Origin: Patescibacteria group bacterium
Lineage (GTDB): Bacteria > Patescibacteriota > Patescibacteriia > UBA2591 > UBA6264
Reading direction: 5' to 3'
Length of the DNA stretch: 64,000 bases
NCBI GenBank assembly: GCA_021735685.1
Contig: JAIPGN010000001.1
Location: 111,669 to 175,668, forward strand
A program made the position numbers and the translations under genes. The notes under the pieces are model-generated. The model was not told the DNA's origin. It did no database searches and worked only from the letters and a program-made list of their open reading frames with translations. Position 1 is the first letter of the stretch. Every line of letters begins with the position of its first letter. Shown one piece after another: positions 49,654 through 60,506 of this stretch.

Positions 49654-51159
49654 ATGAATAAGTTTTATATTACTACTCCTATTTACTATGTTAATTCTTA
49701 TCCGCATTTAGGGAGCGCTTATACTACAGTGGCTGCTGATGTTTTGGCCCGTTTTCATCGAATGAGAGGAGAGGAGGTCTTTTTTTTAACTGGTACGGAC
49801 GAACACGGATCTAAGGTGGCTGAAGCCGCAGCTCAGAAAAAAACTGAACCGCAGAAATTATGCGATCAAGTTACAGCCAAATACGAAGAAGTTTGGGATA
49901 CTCTAAAAATATCTTATAATTATTTTATTCGCACCACTGATTCTCAACATGCTCAGACGGTGCGTTATTTTTTAAATTCTTTAAAAGAAAAAGGACTAAT
50001 CTACAAAGGTCAATATCAAGGTCTTTATTGCCTTGGTTGCGAGCGATATTATACGGAAAAGGAATTAGTGGACGGTCAATGTCCTTTTCATAAGAAAAAG
50101 CCAATCAGTTTTTCCGAAGAGTGCTATTTTTTTAAATTATCTGCTTTTCAAGAAAAATTATTAAAACTAATTCGGAGCCAGAAGTTAATAATTGAGCCTC
50201 AGGAGAGAAGAAATGAGCTTTTGTCTTTCTTGGAACGCAATCAATTGGAAGATTTGGCAGTTTCTCGAGCTAATGTAAAATGGGGAATTCCTTTGCCTTG
50301 GGATTCTCAGCAGACAGCTTATGTCTGGATAGATGCTCTTCTTAACTATCTTTCTGGTTTAGGTTGGCAAGGAGATTCTCAAAAAATATCAGATTTTTGG
50401 CCACCTGATGTTCAGCTTTTAGGAAAAGATATTTTGCGTTTTCATTTGGTAATTTGGCCAGCTTTGCTTTTGGCTTTAGATATTCCGTTACCTCGTCGAC
50501 TTTATGTGCACGGTTTTTTCACTATTAATGGTCAAAAAATGGGCAAATCTTTGGGCAATGCTCTTGATCCAGAGAAAATGGCTGAAGTTTTTGGAGTGGA
50601 TGCTTTGCGTTGGTTAATGCTTTCTTCTTTTCCCTTTGGGCAAGATGGTGATATTTCTCAATCTAAATTTTATGATCAGTATCAAGCCCAATTAGCCAAT
50701 GGTCTGGGAAATCTTTTCCGTCGAGTTTTAACCTTGGCGGCTAAAAGTGATCAAGATTTTACTCCTCCTCAGAAAGAAGAGAAAAAAATAATAAAAATTT
50801 TACAACAGACTTGGAAAATTTATGAAAAATCTTTAGATGATTTAAAGTTTGAAGCAGCCATTGAAAGTGTTCGAAAAGTAATAGCTGAAGCTGATCGGTA
50901 TGTGGATCAAAATAAGCCTTGGGAATTACTGAAAAAAGATTTTTCTCGTTATCAAGAAGTAATTTATCATCTTTTGGAAATCTTACGCCATTTGGGTTGG
51001 CTAATTCGCCCCTTTATGCCCGACAAGAGCGATCTTATTTTTAAAGGTTTGAATTTAGAGCTTGCTGAAAAAAAGAAAAGTTTAATTCAGGGCAAGAAGT
51101 GGGGAGGCACAATTTTTTCGCCAACACCCTTGGAAGAAATTTTATTTCCCCGTCTTTAG
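49654..51159 (+). CDS. metG: Methionine--tRNA ligase (monomeric short form)
   Basis: ITTPIYYVN..PHLG, TGTDEHG, YVWIDAL, GKDILRFH, KMGKSLGN. Confidence 0.97.
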   Translation: MNKFYITTPIYYVNSYPHLGSAYTTVAADVLARFHRMRGEEVFFLTGTDEHGSKVAEAAAQKKTEPQKLCDQVTAKYEEVWDTLKISYNYFIRTTDSQHAQTVRYFLNSLKEKGLIYKGQYQGLYCLGCERYYTEKELVDGQCPFHKKKPISFSEECYFFKLSAFQEKLLKLIRSQKLIIEPQERRNELLSFLERNQLEDLAVSRANVKWGIPLPWDSQQTAYVWIDALLNYLSGLGWQGDSQKISDFWPPDVQLLGKDILRFHLVIWPALLLALDIPLPRRLYVHGFFTINGQKMGKSLGNALDPEKMAEVFGVDALRWLMLSSFPFGQDGDISQSKFYDQYQAQLANGLGNLFRRVLTLAAKSDQDFTPPQKEEKKIIKILQQTWKIYEKSLDDLKFEAAIESVRKVIAEADRYVDQNKPWELLKKDFSRYQEVIYHLLEILRHLGWLIRPFMPDKSDLIFKGLNLELAEKKKSLIQGKKWGGTIFSPTPLEEILFPRL

Positions 51160-51211
51160 GAGAAGAACCAAGCAACTAAGTTTATTTTTTAATTAATTTC
51201 AATTAATTGTT

Positions 51212-51712
51212 ATGACTTTATTTGATTTAATTTTATTTCTCATTTTGTTTGGTTTTATTTGGTTTGGCTTGTGGCACGGATTAATTAGAACCATTAGTGG
51301 TATTGTGGGCTTTGTTTTGTCTTTGATCGTGGCGGGTCGTTGGTATGAATTTTTAGCAATTAAGCTTTTGCCTTTTTTGAATGATAATTTTTTGTTTGCT
51401 CGGATTTTGGGTTTCCTGATTATTTTTGCCTTAGCCCAGGCTGTTTTCTTTTTTATCTTTCGGGCCTTGAACAAAATTTTCGATTTTTCTATTCTTAAAA
51501 TTTTTAATCGTTTGGCTGGAGCCTTATTTGGATTTTTCCAAGGAGCTTTAATTGTTGGTTTGGTTTTGTATTTTTCCTCTAAACTTCCTTTAGGCTCCAC
51601 TTGGTCTCAGCTTTTAGAGAATTCTTTTTTGGCTGGAATTTTAATGAGTTTAAGCAACATTTTGTTGCCTTTAATTCCGCGAGCCATTAAAGAAGTGCAA
51701 TCATTAATTTAA
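51212..51712 (+). CDS. cvpA: CvpA family membrane protein
   Basis: D........G..HGLIR, NRLAGALFG, TM pattern. Confidence 0.85.
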   Translation: MTLFDLILFLILFGFIWFGLWHGLIRTISGIVGFVLSLIVAGRWYEFLAIKLLPFLNDNFLFARILGFLIIFALAQAVFFFIFRALNKIFDFSILKIFNRLAGALFGFFQGALIVGLVLYFSSKLPLGSTWSQLLENSFLAGILMSLSNILLPLIPRAIKEVQSLI

Positions 51713-51739
51713 TTAATAAGCTAAGTAAATTATATAATT

Positions 51740-53830
51740 ATGTCTTCAAACATCTCTAAAATCAAGAAAAGGAATAACAAGATCGTTGATTTTAATAAAA
51801 CTAAAATTGTGGAAGCTATTTATAAGGCCATTCTCGCAGTAAAAGGAGAAGATGGTAAAGATTCTAAAAAATTAGCCGATCAAGTAGTTAAAATTTTAGG
51901 AAAGCGTTTCTCTAATAAAATTCCCCACGTAGAAGATGTGCAAGACATAGTAGAGCAAGTTTTAATTCATGCCGACTTGGCTGATGTGGCTCGCGCTTAT
52001 ATTCTTTATCGAGAACAAAGACGTCAGGCTAGAGAAATTATTAATGAGAGCGACAAAAGCGTTGATTTAGTAGAAAAATATTTGTCGGAAGGAGATTGGG
52101 AGATTAAGGAAAACGCCAATATGACTTATTCTTTACAAGGATTGAATAATTATATCGCGGGTCTGGCTAGTAAAAAATATTGGTTAAATAAAATTTATCC
52201 TCAAGAAATCAGAAAGGCGGTTGAGGATGGTAATTTTCATATTCATGATTTGAGCTCTTTGAGCACATATTGCATGGGTTGGGATTTGCAAGATTTTTTG
52301 CTCAAGGGATTTACTGGAGTAGCGGGTAAAATATCATCTGGGCCGGCCAAACATTTTCGTTCTGCCCTGGGGCAAGTGGTAAACTTTTTCTACACCTTGC
52401 AAGGAGAGGCAGCTGGAGCGGAAGCCTTTTCTTCCTTTGACACTTATTTGGCTCCTTTTATTGCTTACGACAAGCTTAATTATCGACAAGTGAAGCAGGC
52501 CTTACAAGAATTTTTGTTTAATTGTAATGTTCCTACTCGAGTTGGCTTCCAAACTCCCTTTACTAATATTACTTTAGACCTCAAAGTCCCTCGCAATATG
52601 TCTAAACAACCGGTTATTATTGGAGGAGAGCTTCAAAAAAAGACTTATGGCGAGTTTCAAAAAGAAATGAACATGCTTAATCGTGCCTTTTATGAATTAA
52701 TTATGGAGGGTGATTCCAGCCAAAGAGTTTTTACTTTTCCTATTCCTACAATTAATATTACCAAGGATTTCGATTGGGATAATCCCGATTATGAGCCGAT
52801 GTGGGAAGCGACCGCTAAATATGGCATTAACTATTTTTCTAATTTTATTAATTCGGACTTAGACCCCGAAGATATCAGAAGTATGTGTTGCCGCTTGCGT
52901 CTTAATAATAAAGAGCTTCATCACCGTGGCGGCGGGCTTTTTGGAAGCGCTCCTTTGACTGGGAGCGTGGGGGTGGTCACGATTAATCTTCCTCAGATTG
53001 GATATTTAACTCAAACTAAAAAAGAATTTTTAGATCGTTTGGGACTTTTAATGGATTTAGCCAGAGAGAGTTTGGAGATCAAAAGAAAGGTTTTAGAAAA
53101 TTTTATGCAAAAAGGGCTTTATCCTTATTCTAAATTTTATTTATCCAGTATTAAAAAAATGCGAGGAACTTATTTGGCTAATCATTTTTCAACAATTGGC
53201 TTGGTGGGGATGAATGAAGCTTTATTAAACTTTAAAGGAGAAGACATTACTTCATCCAAGGGCCAAAAATTAGCTTTAGAGATTTTAGATTATATGCGTC
53301 AGCGTTTATTAAAATATCAAGAGAAGACTGGGCATATTTATAATTTAGAAGCCACCCCTGCCGAAGGAACCAGTTATCGTTTGGCCAAAATAGACAAAAA
53401 GAAATACCCAGACATTATTACTGCTGGCAGTGGGACATTTTACTATACTAATTCCAGTCAATTGCCGGTTGATTATTCGGGAGGTTTGTTTAATGCCCTG
53501 GAATTGCAAGATAAAATACAAATTAAATACACAGGAGGAACAGTTTTTCACGCCTTTTTGGGAGAGAAAATTTTTGATTCAGCAGTAGTTAAGAGTTTAA
53601 TTAAAAAAGTTTTTACTAAATTTCGTTTACCTTACTTTACCCTAAGCCCGACTTTTAGCATTTGTCCAGAACATGGTTATTTAAGCGGTGAACATTTTAC
53701 TTGCCCTCATTGTCAGGCTCGAGCGGAAGTTTATTCTCGTATTGTTGGTTATTTGCGGCCAGTGCAGCAATGGAACAAAGGTAAGCGAGAAGAGTTTGGA
53801 GAAAGAGAGACTTTTGATCCTAAATTATGA
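51740..53830 (+). CDS. nrdD: Anaerobic (class III) ribonucleotide reductase with N-terminal ATP cone
   Basis: ATP cone, HIHD, RSMCCRL, EATPAEG, C-terminal CPHC and YSRIVGY glycyl-radical loop. Confidence 0.95.
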   Translation: MSSNISKIKKRNNKIVDFNKTKIVEAIYKAILAVKGEDGKDSKKLADQVVKILGKRFSNKIPHVEDVQDIVEQVLIHADLADVARAYILYREQRRQAREIINESDKSVDLVEKYLSEGDWEIKENANMTYSLQGLNNYIAGLASKKYWLNKIYPQEIRKAVEDGNFHIHDLSSLSTYCMGWDLQDFLLKGFTGVAGKISSGPAKHFRSALGQVVNFFYTLQGEAAGAEAFSSFDTYLAPFIAYDKLNYRQVKQALQEFLFNCNVPTRVGFQTPFTNITLDLKVPRNMSKQPVIIGGELQKKTYGEFQKEMNMLNRAFYELIMEGDSSQRVFTFPIPTINITKDFDWDNPDYEPMWEATAKYGINYFSNFINSDLDPEDIRSMCCRLRLNNKELHHRGGGLFGSAPLTGSVGVVTINLPQIGYLTQTKKEFLDRLGLLMDLARESLEIKRKVLENFMQKGLYPYSKFYLSSIKKMRGTYLANHFSTIGLVGMNEALLNFKGEDITSSKGQKLALEILDYMRQRLLKYQEKTGHIYNLEATPAEGTSYRLAKIDKKKYPDIITAGSGTFYYTNSSQLPVDYSGGLFNALELQDKIQIKYTGGTVFHAFLGEKIFDSAVVKSLIKKVFTKFRLPYFTLSPTFSICPEHGYLSGEHFTCPHCQARAEVYSRIVGYLRPVQQWNKGKREEFGERETFDPKL

Positions 53831-54528
53831 TTTTTTGCGGTTGGCAAAAAGAATCTTTTAACGAATGGCCTGGTAAAATTTCTTCGGTTGTTTTTGTAAG
53901 TGGTTGTAATTTTCGTTGCCCTTTTTGTCATAATGCCGGCTTGATTTTTAGGCCAGATAATTTTCCTCAGATTAAAGAAAAAGAGGTTATTGATTATTGT
54001 AGGAAAAATAAAGATTTTTTAGACGCCCTAGCCTTGACTGGAGGAGAGCCTTTATTAAGGCCTATTTCAGAAATAAAAGATTTTGTTCAAAAAATAAAAT
54101 CTTTAGGATTGTTGGTCGCTATTGAAACTAATGGTTCCCAACCCAAGATAATTTCTGCTTTAATGCGTACCAGATTGGTTGATTATTGGGCGATGGACAT
54201 TAAGGCACCTTTAGAGGAAGACAAGTATTATTTTTCCACTGGCGTTAAAATTGACTTGAATGATATTAAGAAAAGTATTAAGATAATAATGGATTCAGCT
54301 CAAGATTATGAATTTCGGACTACGGTTGTTCCTTCTCTTTTAAAAAAAGAAGATTTAATGAAAATAGGAAAAGAAATTAAGGGAGCTCGTTGTTATTATC
54401 TTCAGCAATTTCGAAATCAAAACACCCTTGATCAATCTTGGCGAGAGATTAAGCCTTATGATTTAGAATGGTTTAAAGATGTTCAATCCAAAATTAAAGG
54501 CCCGCAAAAAATTAAAATTCGTATTTAA
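53827..54528 (+). CDS. nrdG: Anaerobic RNR activating radical SAM enzyme
   Basis: GCNFRCPFCHN, TGGEP, ETNGS, MDIK, EFRTT; overlaps the nrdD stop. Confidence 0.92.
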   Translation: MIFCGWQKESFNEWPGKISSVVFVSGCNFRCPFCHNAGLIFRPDNFPQIKEKEVIDYCRKNKDFLDALALTGGEPLLRPISEIKDFVQKIKSLGLLVAIETNGSQPKIISALMRTRLVDYWAMDIKAPLEEDKYYFSTGVKIDLNDIKKSIKIIMDSAQDYEFRTTVVPSLLKKEDLMKIGKEIKGARCYYLQQFRNQNTLDQSWREIKPYDLEWFKDVQSKIKGPQKIKIRI

Positions 54529-54559
54529 TTATGTTGTTTAATTTTTAAAAATAGATAAT

Positions 54560-55960
54560 ATGTTTTTCAAGAAAATATTTTCTCCTTCCAAACCTGATTT
54601 TTTAAAGGACGGAGAAGAGGCTAAAGTTATTTGGACTGAAAAAAAACCAGCCCCCAAAAAGAAAACTGGTACTTTTTTTACTTTACGTTTCAAGTTAAGG
54701 CCGATTATGGTTATGATGATAGTGAGTATGATTATTGGTGCTCTTGCTGGCGGCTTTTCTGGTTATTATTCGGCTAGTTATTTTGTTGCCGAATTTATGA
54801 CCACCCCCTCTCAATTAAATTCTTCTTCTATTTTCTTGCAGCGATATCAAGAGCAAAAAGAGTTTTCAGCAACAAGTGGAGAAGATCAAGCTGTGGAGGA
54901 GATAGTAGAATTGATTAGTCCTTCGGTTGTTAATATTATTGTAACTAAAGAAGTTTCTTCTTATAGCAGCCCAGACCCTTTTAATAATTTTTTCTGGGAC
55001 TTGCCTTCTTGGCCGGATAATTTTTTTGGTCCTCAAATTCCAGAAAATTCTGGACCAGAACAACCGCAACAAGAAAAAAAGGAGAAAAGACAAATTGGCG
55101 GAGGAACTGGTTTTGTGATTTCTTCTCAAAAGGGCTTAGTTTTAACTAATAAACATGTGGTTAGCGATTTGGAAGCAGAGTATACGGTCACCACTAATGA
55201 CGGAGAGAGTTTTACGGCCACAGTTTTAGCTCGCGACCCCTTCAATGATATTGCTATTTTACAAGTTGAGGGTTTAGATTTATCAGCAGTTAAATTAGGG
55301 AATTCAAATCAATTAAAAATTGGGCAAACCGTTATTGCCATTGGTAATGCTTTGGGAGAATATCGAAATACAGTTACCAAGGGAGTGGTTAGTGGAATTA
55401 GTCGCAAGGTGATTGCTGGAGACGCTTATGGCTCTTCTGAAATTTTAGAAGACGTGATTCAAACCGACGCTGCCATTAATTTTGGTAATTCCGGAGGGCC
55501 TTTAATTAACCTCAAGGGAGAGGTGATTGGAATTAATACAGCTATCAATCGAGAAGGACAATTGATCGGTTTTGCTATTCCAGTCAATCAAGCCAAAAGG
55601 GCCATTGAAAGCGTTGAGGAGTATGGTTATATTGTTCGTCCTTATATTGGAGTTAGGTATATTTTAATTAATAAGGATATTGCCGAGAAAAATAATTTAG
55701 ATATAGATTATGGTGCTTTAATTGTGCGGGGTTCGGAAACCTCAGAATTGGCAGTTATTCCCGGATCACCAGCTAATGAGGTGGGCTTAGTTGAAAATGA
55801 TATTATTTTAGAGGTGGATGGGCAAAAAATAACAGAAGATTATTCTTTGTCACGGATAATTCAGGAACATCAACCTGGTGATGAAGTGGGGTTAAAAGTT
55901 TTTCATCAAGGAGAAGAGAAAATGGTTAATATCATTCTAGGTGAATATCAGGCTGATTAA
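54560..55960 (+). CDS. htrA: HtrA/DegP serine protease with PDZ domain
   Basis: TM anchor, LTNKHV, DIA, IQTDAAINFGNSGGPL, PDZ. Confidence 0.94.
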   Translation: MFFKKIFSPSKPDFLKDGEEAKVIWTEKKPAPKKKTGTFFTLRFKLRPIMVMMIVSMIIGALAGGFSGYYSASYFVAEFMTTPSQLNSSSIFLQRYQEQKEFSATSGEDQAVEEIVELISPSVVNIIVTKEVSSYSSPDPFNNFFWDLPSWPDNFFGPQIPENSGPEQPQQEKKEKRQIGGGTGFVISSQKGLVLTNKHVVSDLEAEYTVTTNDGESFTATVLARDPFNDIAILQVEGLDLSAVKLGNSNQLKIGQTVIAIGNALGEYRNTVTKGVVSGISRKVIAGDAYGSSEILEDVIQTDAAINFGNSGGPLINLKGEVIGINTAINREGQLIGFAIPVNQAKRAIESVEEYGYIVRPYIGVRYILINKDIAEKNNLDIDYGALIVRGSETSELAVIPGSPANEVGLVENDIILEVDGQKITEDYSLSRIIQEHQPGDEVGLKVFHQGEEKMVNIILGEYQAD

Positions 55961-55986
55961 CCTTATGAATAAAAATAAAAATATTG

Positions 55987-56019
55987 AAAAAGTTTGGAGC
56001 CGGAGTCTCTAAACTTTTT
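55987..56019. terminator. Probable terminator after htrA
   Basis: AAAAAGTTTGGAG-loop-CTCTAAACTTTTT. Confidence 0.6.
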
Positions 56020-56043
56020 AATTTTTGTTATAATATATAGTAT

Positions 56044-57138
56044 ATGGAAATGTCTGAATTAATTTCAGAGTTAAATGATTTTCATCAGAGATTATCTCAG
56101 ATGCGAGATTTTTTTGATATTGAAGGCCTTAAGAATAAAATTAAAAGCTTAGAAATAGAAATGACTCAACCAGACTTTTGGAGTGAGAACAAAAGAGCTT
56201 CCAAAAAATCAAAGGAATTAGCGGACCATAAAGGCACTTTAGAGGAATGGCAAGATTTAACTAATTCCATAAATAATTGTTTAGAAATAGCGACTTTGGA
56301 TCAAGAAAATCAAGAGGTTAGTCTAAGGAAAGACTTAGAGAAAGAATTAGGAAGAATCAAGAAAAAATTATTACGCCTAGAGAGAGCCACTTTTCTTTCT
56401 GGTCAATATGATCGTAAGGATGCCTTGCTTTCTATTTTTGCCGGAGCTGGCGGAGTTGATGCTCAAGATTGGTCGGAAATATTGGCTCGAATGTATTTGC
56501 GTTTTGCAGAAAAAATGAACTGGAGTTTTGAAATCGTTGAGCAATCTAAGGGCACGGAGGCAGGAATTAAAAGCGCAACTATAGAAATTAAAGGGCGTTT
56601 TGCTTACGGATTTTTAAAAGAAGAATCAGGGGTTCATCGTTTGGTTCGGATTTCTCCTTTTGACGCGGAAAAAATGAGACACACTTCTTTTGCTATGGTG
56701 AGTGTTTTGCCAGAATTAGAGGAAGTAGAAGTGGATATCAATCCTGATGATTTGAGAATTGATACTTTTTTAGCTTCTGGGCACGGAGGGCAAAATGTAC
56801 AAAAGAATGAAACCGCAGTGCGTATTACTCATTTACCCACTAAGCTTACCGCCGCTTGTCAAAGTGAGCGATCACAGAGTCAAAATAAAGAAAACGCATT
56901 AAAAATTTTAAAATCCAAACTATATTATTATTTACAATTAGAAAGAGAAGAAGAAAAGGAGCGTTTGAGGGGTGAATTTAAATCAGCCTCTTGGGGCAAT
57001 CAAATTCGTTCTTATGTTTTACATCCTTATAAGATGATCAAAGATTTGCGCAGCGGTTATGAGAGTAATGACCCTGAGAAAATTTTAGATGGAGATTTGG
57101 AAGAAGTTATTGAAAGTTGCCTTCGTCAACAAAAATAG
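56044..57138 (+). CDS. prfB: Peptide chain release factor 2, continuous frame
   Basis: GAGGVDAQDW, SPF tripeptide, GGQ, WGNQIRSYV. Confidence 0.96.
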   Translation: MEMSELISELNDFHQRLSQMRDFFDIEGLKNKIKSLEIEMTQPDFWSENKRASKKSKELADHKGTLEEWQDLTNSINNCLEIATLDQENQEVSLRKDLEKELGRIKKKLLRLERATFLSGQYDRKDALLSIFAGAGGVDAQDWSEILARMYLRFAEKMNWSFEIVEQSKGTEAGIKSATIEIKGRFAYGFLKEESGVHRLVRISPFDAEKMRHTSFAMVSVLPELEEVEVDINPDDLRIDTFLASGHGGQNVQKNETAVRITHLPTKLTAACQSERSQSQNKENALKILKSKLYYYLQLEREEEKERLRGEFKSASWGNQIRSYVLHPYKMIKDLRSGYESNDPEKILDGDLEEVIESCLRQQK

Positions 57139-57185
57139 ACATTAAAGGCATGGGAATTGGAATTTTATATTAATCATTTAATTTT

Positions 57186-59027
57186 ATGTGTGGTATTATT
57201 GGTTATCTTGGTCCGGGCGATGGTATTAGTTTAAGCCTGAGAGGGCTAGAGCGCTTGGAATATCGAGGTTATGATTCTGCCGGTTTAGCTGCTTGGCAAA
57301 AGGGGAAGATTGTTTGTCAAAAAACAAAAGGTCAGGTTAAGATTCTACGTCAAAAAATTCTTTCTTTACCGGAAAGCAAAAGCCATTTGGTTATTGCCCA
57401 TAATCGCTGGGCTACCCATGGAGAGCCCAGTAAAATTAATGCTCATCCTCAAAGTGATTGTTCGCGAAAAATATTTTTAGTCCACAATGGGGTGATTGAA
57501 AATTATCAATCTTTGAAAAAGTGGTTAAAGGAAAGGGGCCACTCTTTTTTTTCCCAAACTGATACTGAAGTAATTGCTCATTTAATTGAAGAAAATTATC
57601 AAGGAAATTTATTAGAAGCAGTTCAAAAAACTCTTCCTTTGTTATCGGGAGCATATGGCTTAGCTGTAATTTCAGAATCAGAGCCAGAGCGATTGGTAGT
57701 AGCTAAGAAGGGGAGTCCCTTAGTGATTGGCGTTTGCCAAAAGGGAGAATATATTGTAGCTTCTGATCCAGTGGCTATTATTGAGCACACGCGGAAGATA
57801 ATTTATCTTGACGATGAAGAAATTGGAGTTTTAAGCCCTCAAGGGGTAAGAATTACTAATTCTTCTAACTCTCTAGTTAAAAAAGAAGCTCAAAGCGTTG
57901 AATGGGATTTAGCTAAGATTGAAAAAGAGGGTTTCCCTCATTTTATGCTTAAGGAAATTTTTAAACAACCGGAAACCATTAAGAATGCTCTGCGCGGGAG
58001 GGTGAATAAAAAACAAGGAAAGGTTAAATTAGGTGGACTTAAAGATTGGCTTAGCTTTATTGCTAATTGTCCGCGAGCAGTTTTTTTAGCCTGCGGTACT
58101 TCTTGGCACGCTGGCTTAATTGGTAAATACTATTTTGAGAATTTAGTAGGCTTACCAGCTAATGCTGAGTATGCTTCTGAATTCAGATATTCTCAACAAC
58201 CCATTGATCCGCAAGTTGCTTATTTTGTTATCAGTCAGTCGGGAGAGACTGCTGACACTTTAGCTTCTTTGCGCAAAATTAAAAAGCACGGAGGTCATGT
58301 TTTCGGCCTAATTAATGTAGTGGGTTCTACTATTGCCCGGGAAGCTGATGCCGGTGTTTACATTCATGCCGGGCCAGAGATAGGAGTAGCCTCAACTAAA
58401 GCCTTTACTTCTCAGGTTACCTTGCTTTCAATTTTAGCCCTATCTTTGGTTCAGGAGAAAAAACTCTGGCCTTTATCTGAAATGAAGAAATCTTTAATAG
58501 CCTTAGAACAAATTCCTCAACAAGTAGAAGAAGTGTTGAAAAATGCTAAGAGAATTAAATCTTTGGCTAAAAAATATTATCAATTTCAAAATGCTTTGTA
58601 TTTGGGAAGAGAATATAATTTTCCGGTTGCTCTAGAGGGAGCCTTAAAGTTAAAAGAGATTTCTTATATTCACGCCGAAGGTTATCCTGCTGCGGAAATT
58701 AAGCACGGGCCAATCGCTCTTATTGATCAAAATATGCCGACCTTTGTGGTGGCTACTAATCCTGATGATTTGGTTTATCAAAAAGTAATTACTAACATAG
58801 AGGAAATTAAAGCTCGGGGAGGTAATATTTTGGCTGTTGCCAATTCGGGCGATAAGGTTATTGAAAATTTAGCTAATCAAGTTATTTTAGTTCCTCAAAC
58901 TCTTGATTTTTTGTCGCCGATTATTAATATTATTCCTTGGCAACTTTGGTCCTATTACGTAGCTGTTCAGAGGGGTTGTGATGTGGATAAGCCCCGTAAT
59001 TTAGCTAAAAGCGTGACCGTAGAATAA
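57186..59027 (+). CDS. glmS: Glutamine--fructose-6-phosphate aminotransferase
   Basis: MCGI, LEYRGYDSAG, RWATHG, SQSGETADT, GVASTKAF, PRNLAKSVTVE. Confidence 0.98.
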   Translation: MCGIIGYLGPGDGISLSLRGLERLEYRGYDSAGLAAWQKGKIVCQKTKGQVKILRQKILSLPESKSHLVIAHNRWATHGEPSKINAHPQSDCSRKIFLVHNGVIENYQSLKKWLKERGHSFFSQTDTEVIAHLIEENYQGNLLEAVQKTLPLLSGAYGLAVISESEPERLVVAKKGSPLVIGVCQKGEYIVASDPVAIIEHTRKIIYLDDEEIGVLSPQGVRITNSSNSLVKKEAQSVEWDLAKIEKEGFPHFMLKEIFKQPETIKNALRGRVNKKQGKVKLGGLKDWLSFIANCPRAVFLACGTSWHAGLIGKYYFENLVGLPANAEYASEFRYSQQPIDPQVAYFVISQSGETADTLASLRKIKKHGGHVFGLINVVGSTIAREADAGVYIHAGPEIGVASTKAFTSQVTLLSILALSLVQEKKLWPLSEMKKSLIALEQIPQQVEEVLKNAKRIKSLAKKYYQFQNALYLGREYNFPVALEGALKLKEISYIHAEGYPAAEIKHGPIALIDQNMPTFVVATNPDDLVYQKVITNIEEIKARGGNILAVANSGDKVIENLANQVILVPQTLDFLSPIINIIPWQLWSYYVAVQRGCDVDKPRNLAKSVTVE

Positions 59028-59036
59028 AATTTAATT

Positions 59037-60506
59037 ATGTCGAGGTCAAAGAAATTTTTTTATTACCTTTTTTGCTTTGGGGGAGGTATTGGCGTCGCTT
59101 CTTTTTGGAAGATTTCTCTTTTTTATTTGGGAAGTTTTTTTATAATTTTATTTTTCTTATTTTTTCTTTTAAGGAAATATAATCTTGGGCCCATTTTTTT
59201 GAGCCTTATTTTTTTAGGGGGAGGAATTTTTTATTATCAATGGCGAGCTGAGGAAGTAGACCAGAATCATATTGCTTTTTTTGCAAACCAAGAGGTTGTT
59301 TTTCAAGGAAGAATAGAGAGGGCTAGAGATTCAACAGTAAGAGGAGAGGAGGTTGTATTGGGGGAGATAAAGATGATGGGAGAAGAGAAACAAGGGCGAG
59401 TCTTACTTAACCTTCCTTTGTATTCAGATTTTCAATATCAAGATTTAGTAGAAGTAAACTGTTTTTTGCAGGGACTTTCTAGTACAGAAGATTCTTATGC
59501 TCGTTATTTAAAAGGGAAAAGAATTTTTTCTTTTTGTTTTTGGCCTAAAGTTGAATTAAAGAGCCGGCCATCTTCGCCAAATTTTTATGGTCGAATTTTG
59601 GCTATTAGAAAGAAGGCACAGCATTTTATTTTAACTAAATTTTCTGAGCCGCAAGCCAGCTTTTTGGGGGCTATTCTCTTGGGAGTCAAAAAGAGAGTTT
59701 CTTCAAAGATTAGGAATTGGTTTAGTTTGACAGGAGCTTCTCATTTATTAGCTGTTTCCGGCTTGCATATTGCTATTTTAGTTCAGATGATTGGCTTTTT
59801 TTTAATTAATTTTCTGCGGATCAAAAGAACCAAAGTTTGGTTGCCAATAAGTTTGATTGTTCTTTTTTTTATTCTTTTGACCGGAGCAGCTCCAGCCACC
59901 ATTAGGGCGGGATTAATGGGGTTGTCTTTGTTTTGGGCTCAAAAAAACGAAAGGGGCTATAATTCTTTAAATTTTTTGTTTTTAATAGGAGTAATAATGC
60001 TTCTTTTTAATCCTAATTTTTTAGTTTTTAATATAGGTTTTCAATTGTCCTTTTTGGCGGTTTTGGGAATTGGGCTTTTTTATAATTTTTTTCAAGAATT
60101 ATTTAGGAAAATTCCTGATTATCGTTTTTTGGCTGGACGTACTTTTTTGAGCTTAACTTGCAGCGCTCAGATTTTAATTTTGCCCTTGGTTCTATATTAT
60201 TTTGGAACATTTTCTTTAATTGCTCCCTTGGTTAATGTTTTTTTACTTTTAGTCATGCCTAGTTTAATGCTTTTGGGTTTTTTGTTTCTTATTGGCAATT
60301 TTCTTAATTTTTACTTGGGTCAATTATTTTTTTATCCTCTTTGGCTATTAGCTACTTATGTGATTTTAATAGTCAAAGTTAGTGCTAAAATTCCTTATTC
60401 TTCTTTTATAATCAGTAGTTTTTCAAGGATGGGAGTTTTTCTCTCTTATTTGTTCTTATTTTTATTTTATTTTTATTTACGCTCCTTCTCTTTTTTTGAA
60501 AAATGA
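59037..60506 (+). CDS. comEC: ComEC/Rec2 competence membrane domain
   Basis: TGASHLLAVSGLHI, RAGLM, GFQLSF; multi-TM. Confidence 0.92.
   Translation: MSRSKKFFYYLFCFGGGIGVASFWKISLFYLGSFFIILFFLFFLLRKYNLGPIFLSLIFLGGGIFYYQWRAEEVDQNHIAFFANQEVVFQGRIERARDSTVRGEEVVLGEIKMMGEEKQGRVLLNLPLYSDFQYQDLVEVNCFLQGLSSTEDSYARYLKGKRIFSFCFWPKVELKSRPSSPNFYGRILAIRKKAQHFILTKFSEPQASFLGAILLGVKKRVSSKIRNWFSLTGASHLLAVSGLHIAILVQMIGFFLINFLRIKRTKVWLPISLIVLFFILLTGAAPATIRAGLMGLSLFWAQKNERGYNSLNFLFLIGVIMLLFNPNFLVFNIGFQLSFLAVLGIGLFYNFFQELFRKIPDYRFLAGRTFLSLTCSAQILILPLVLYYFGTFSLIAPLVNVFLLLVMPSLMLLGFLFLIGNFLNFYLGQLFFYPLWLLATYVILIVKVSAKIPYSSFIISSFSRMGVFLSYLFLFLFYFYLRSFSFFEK

Noticed and set aside
46242-57138. Alternative genetic code (UGA recoding)
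   Set aside because: TGA ends several conserved genes, prfB is present, and ORFs are full-length under code 11
57139-57185. glmS ribozyme
   Set aside because: The 47-bp AT-rich gap is too short and has no core motif
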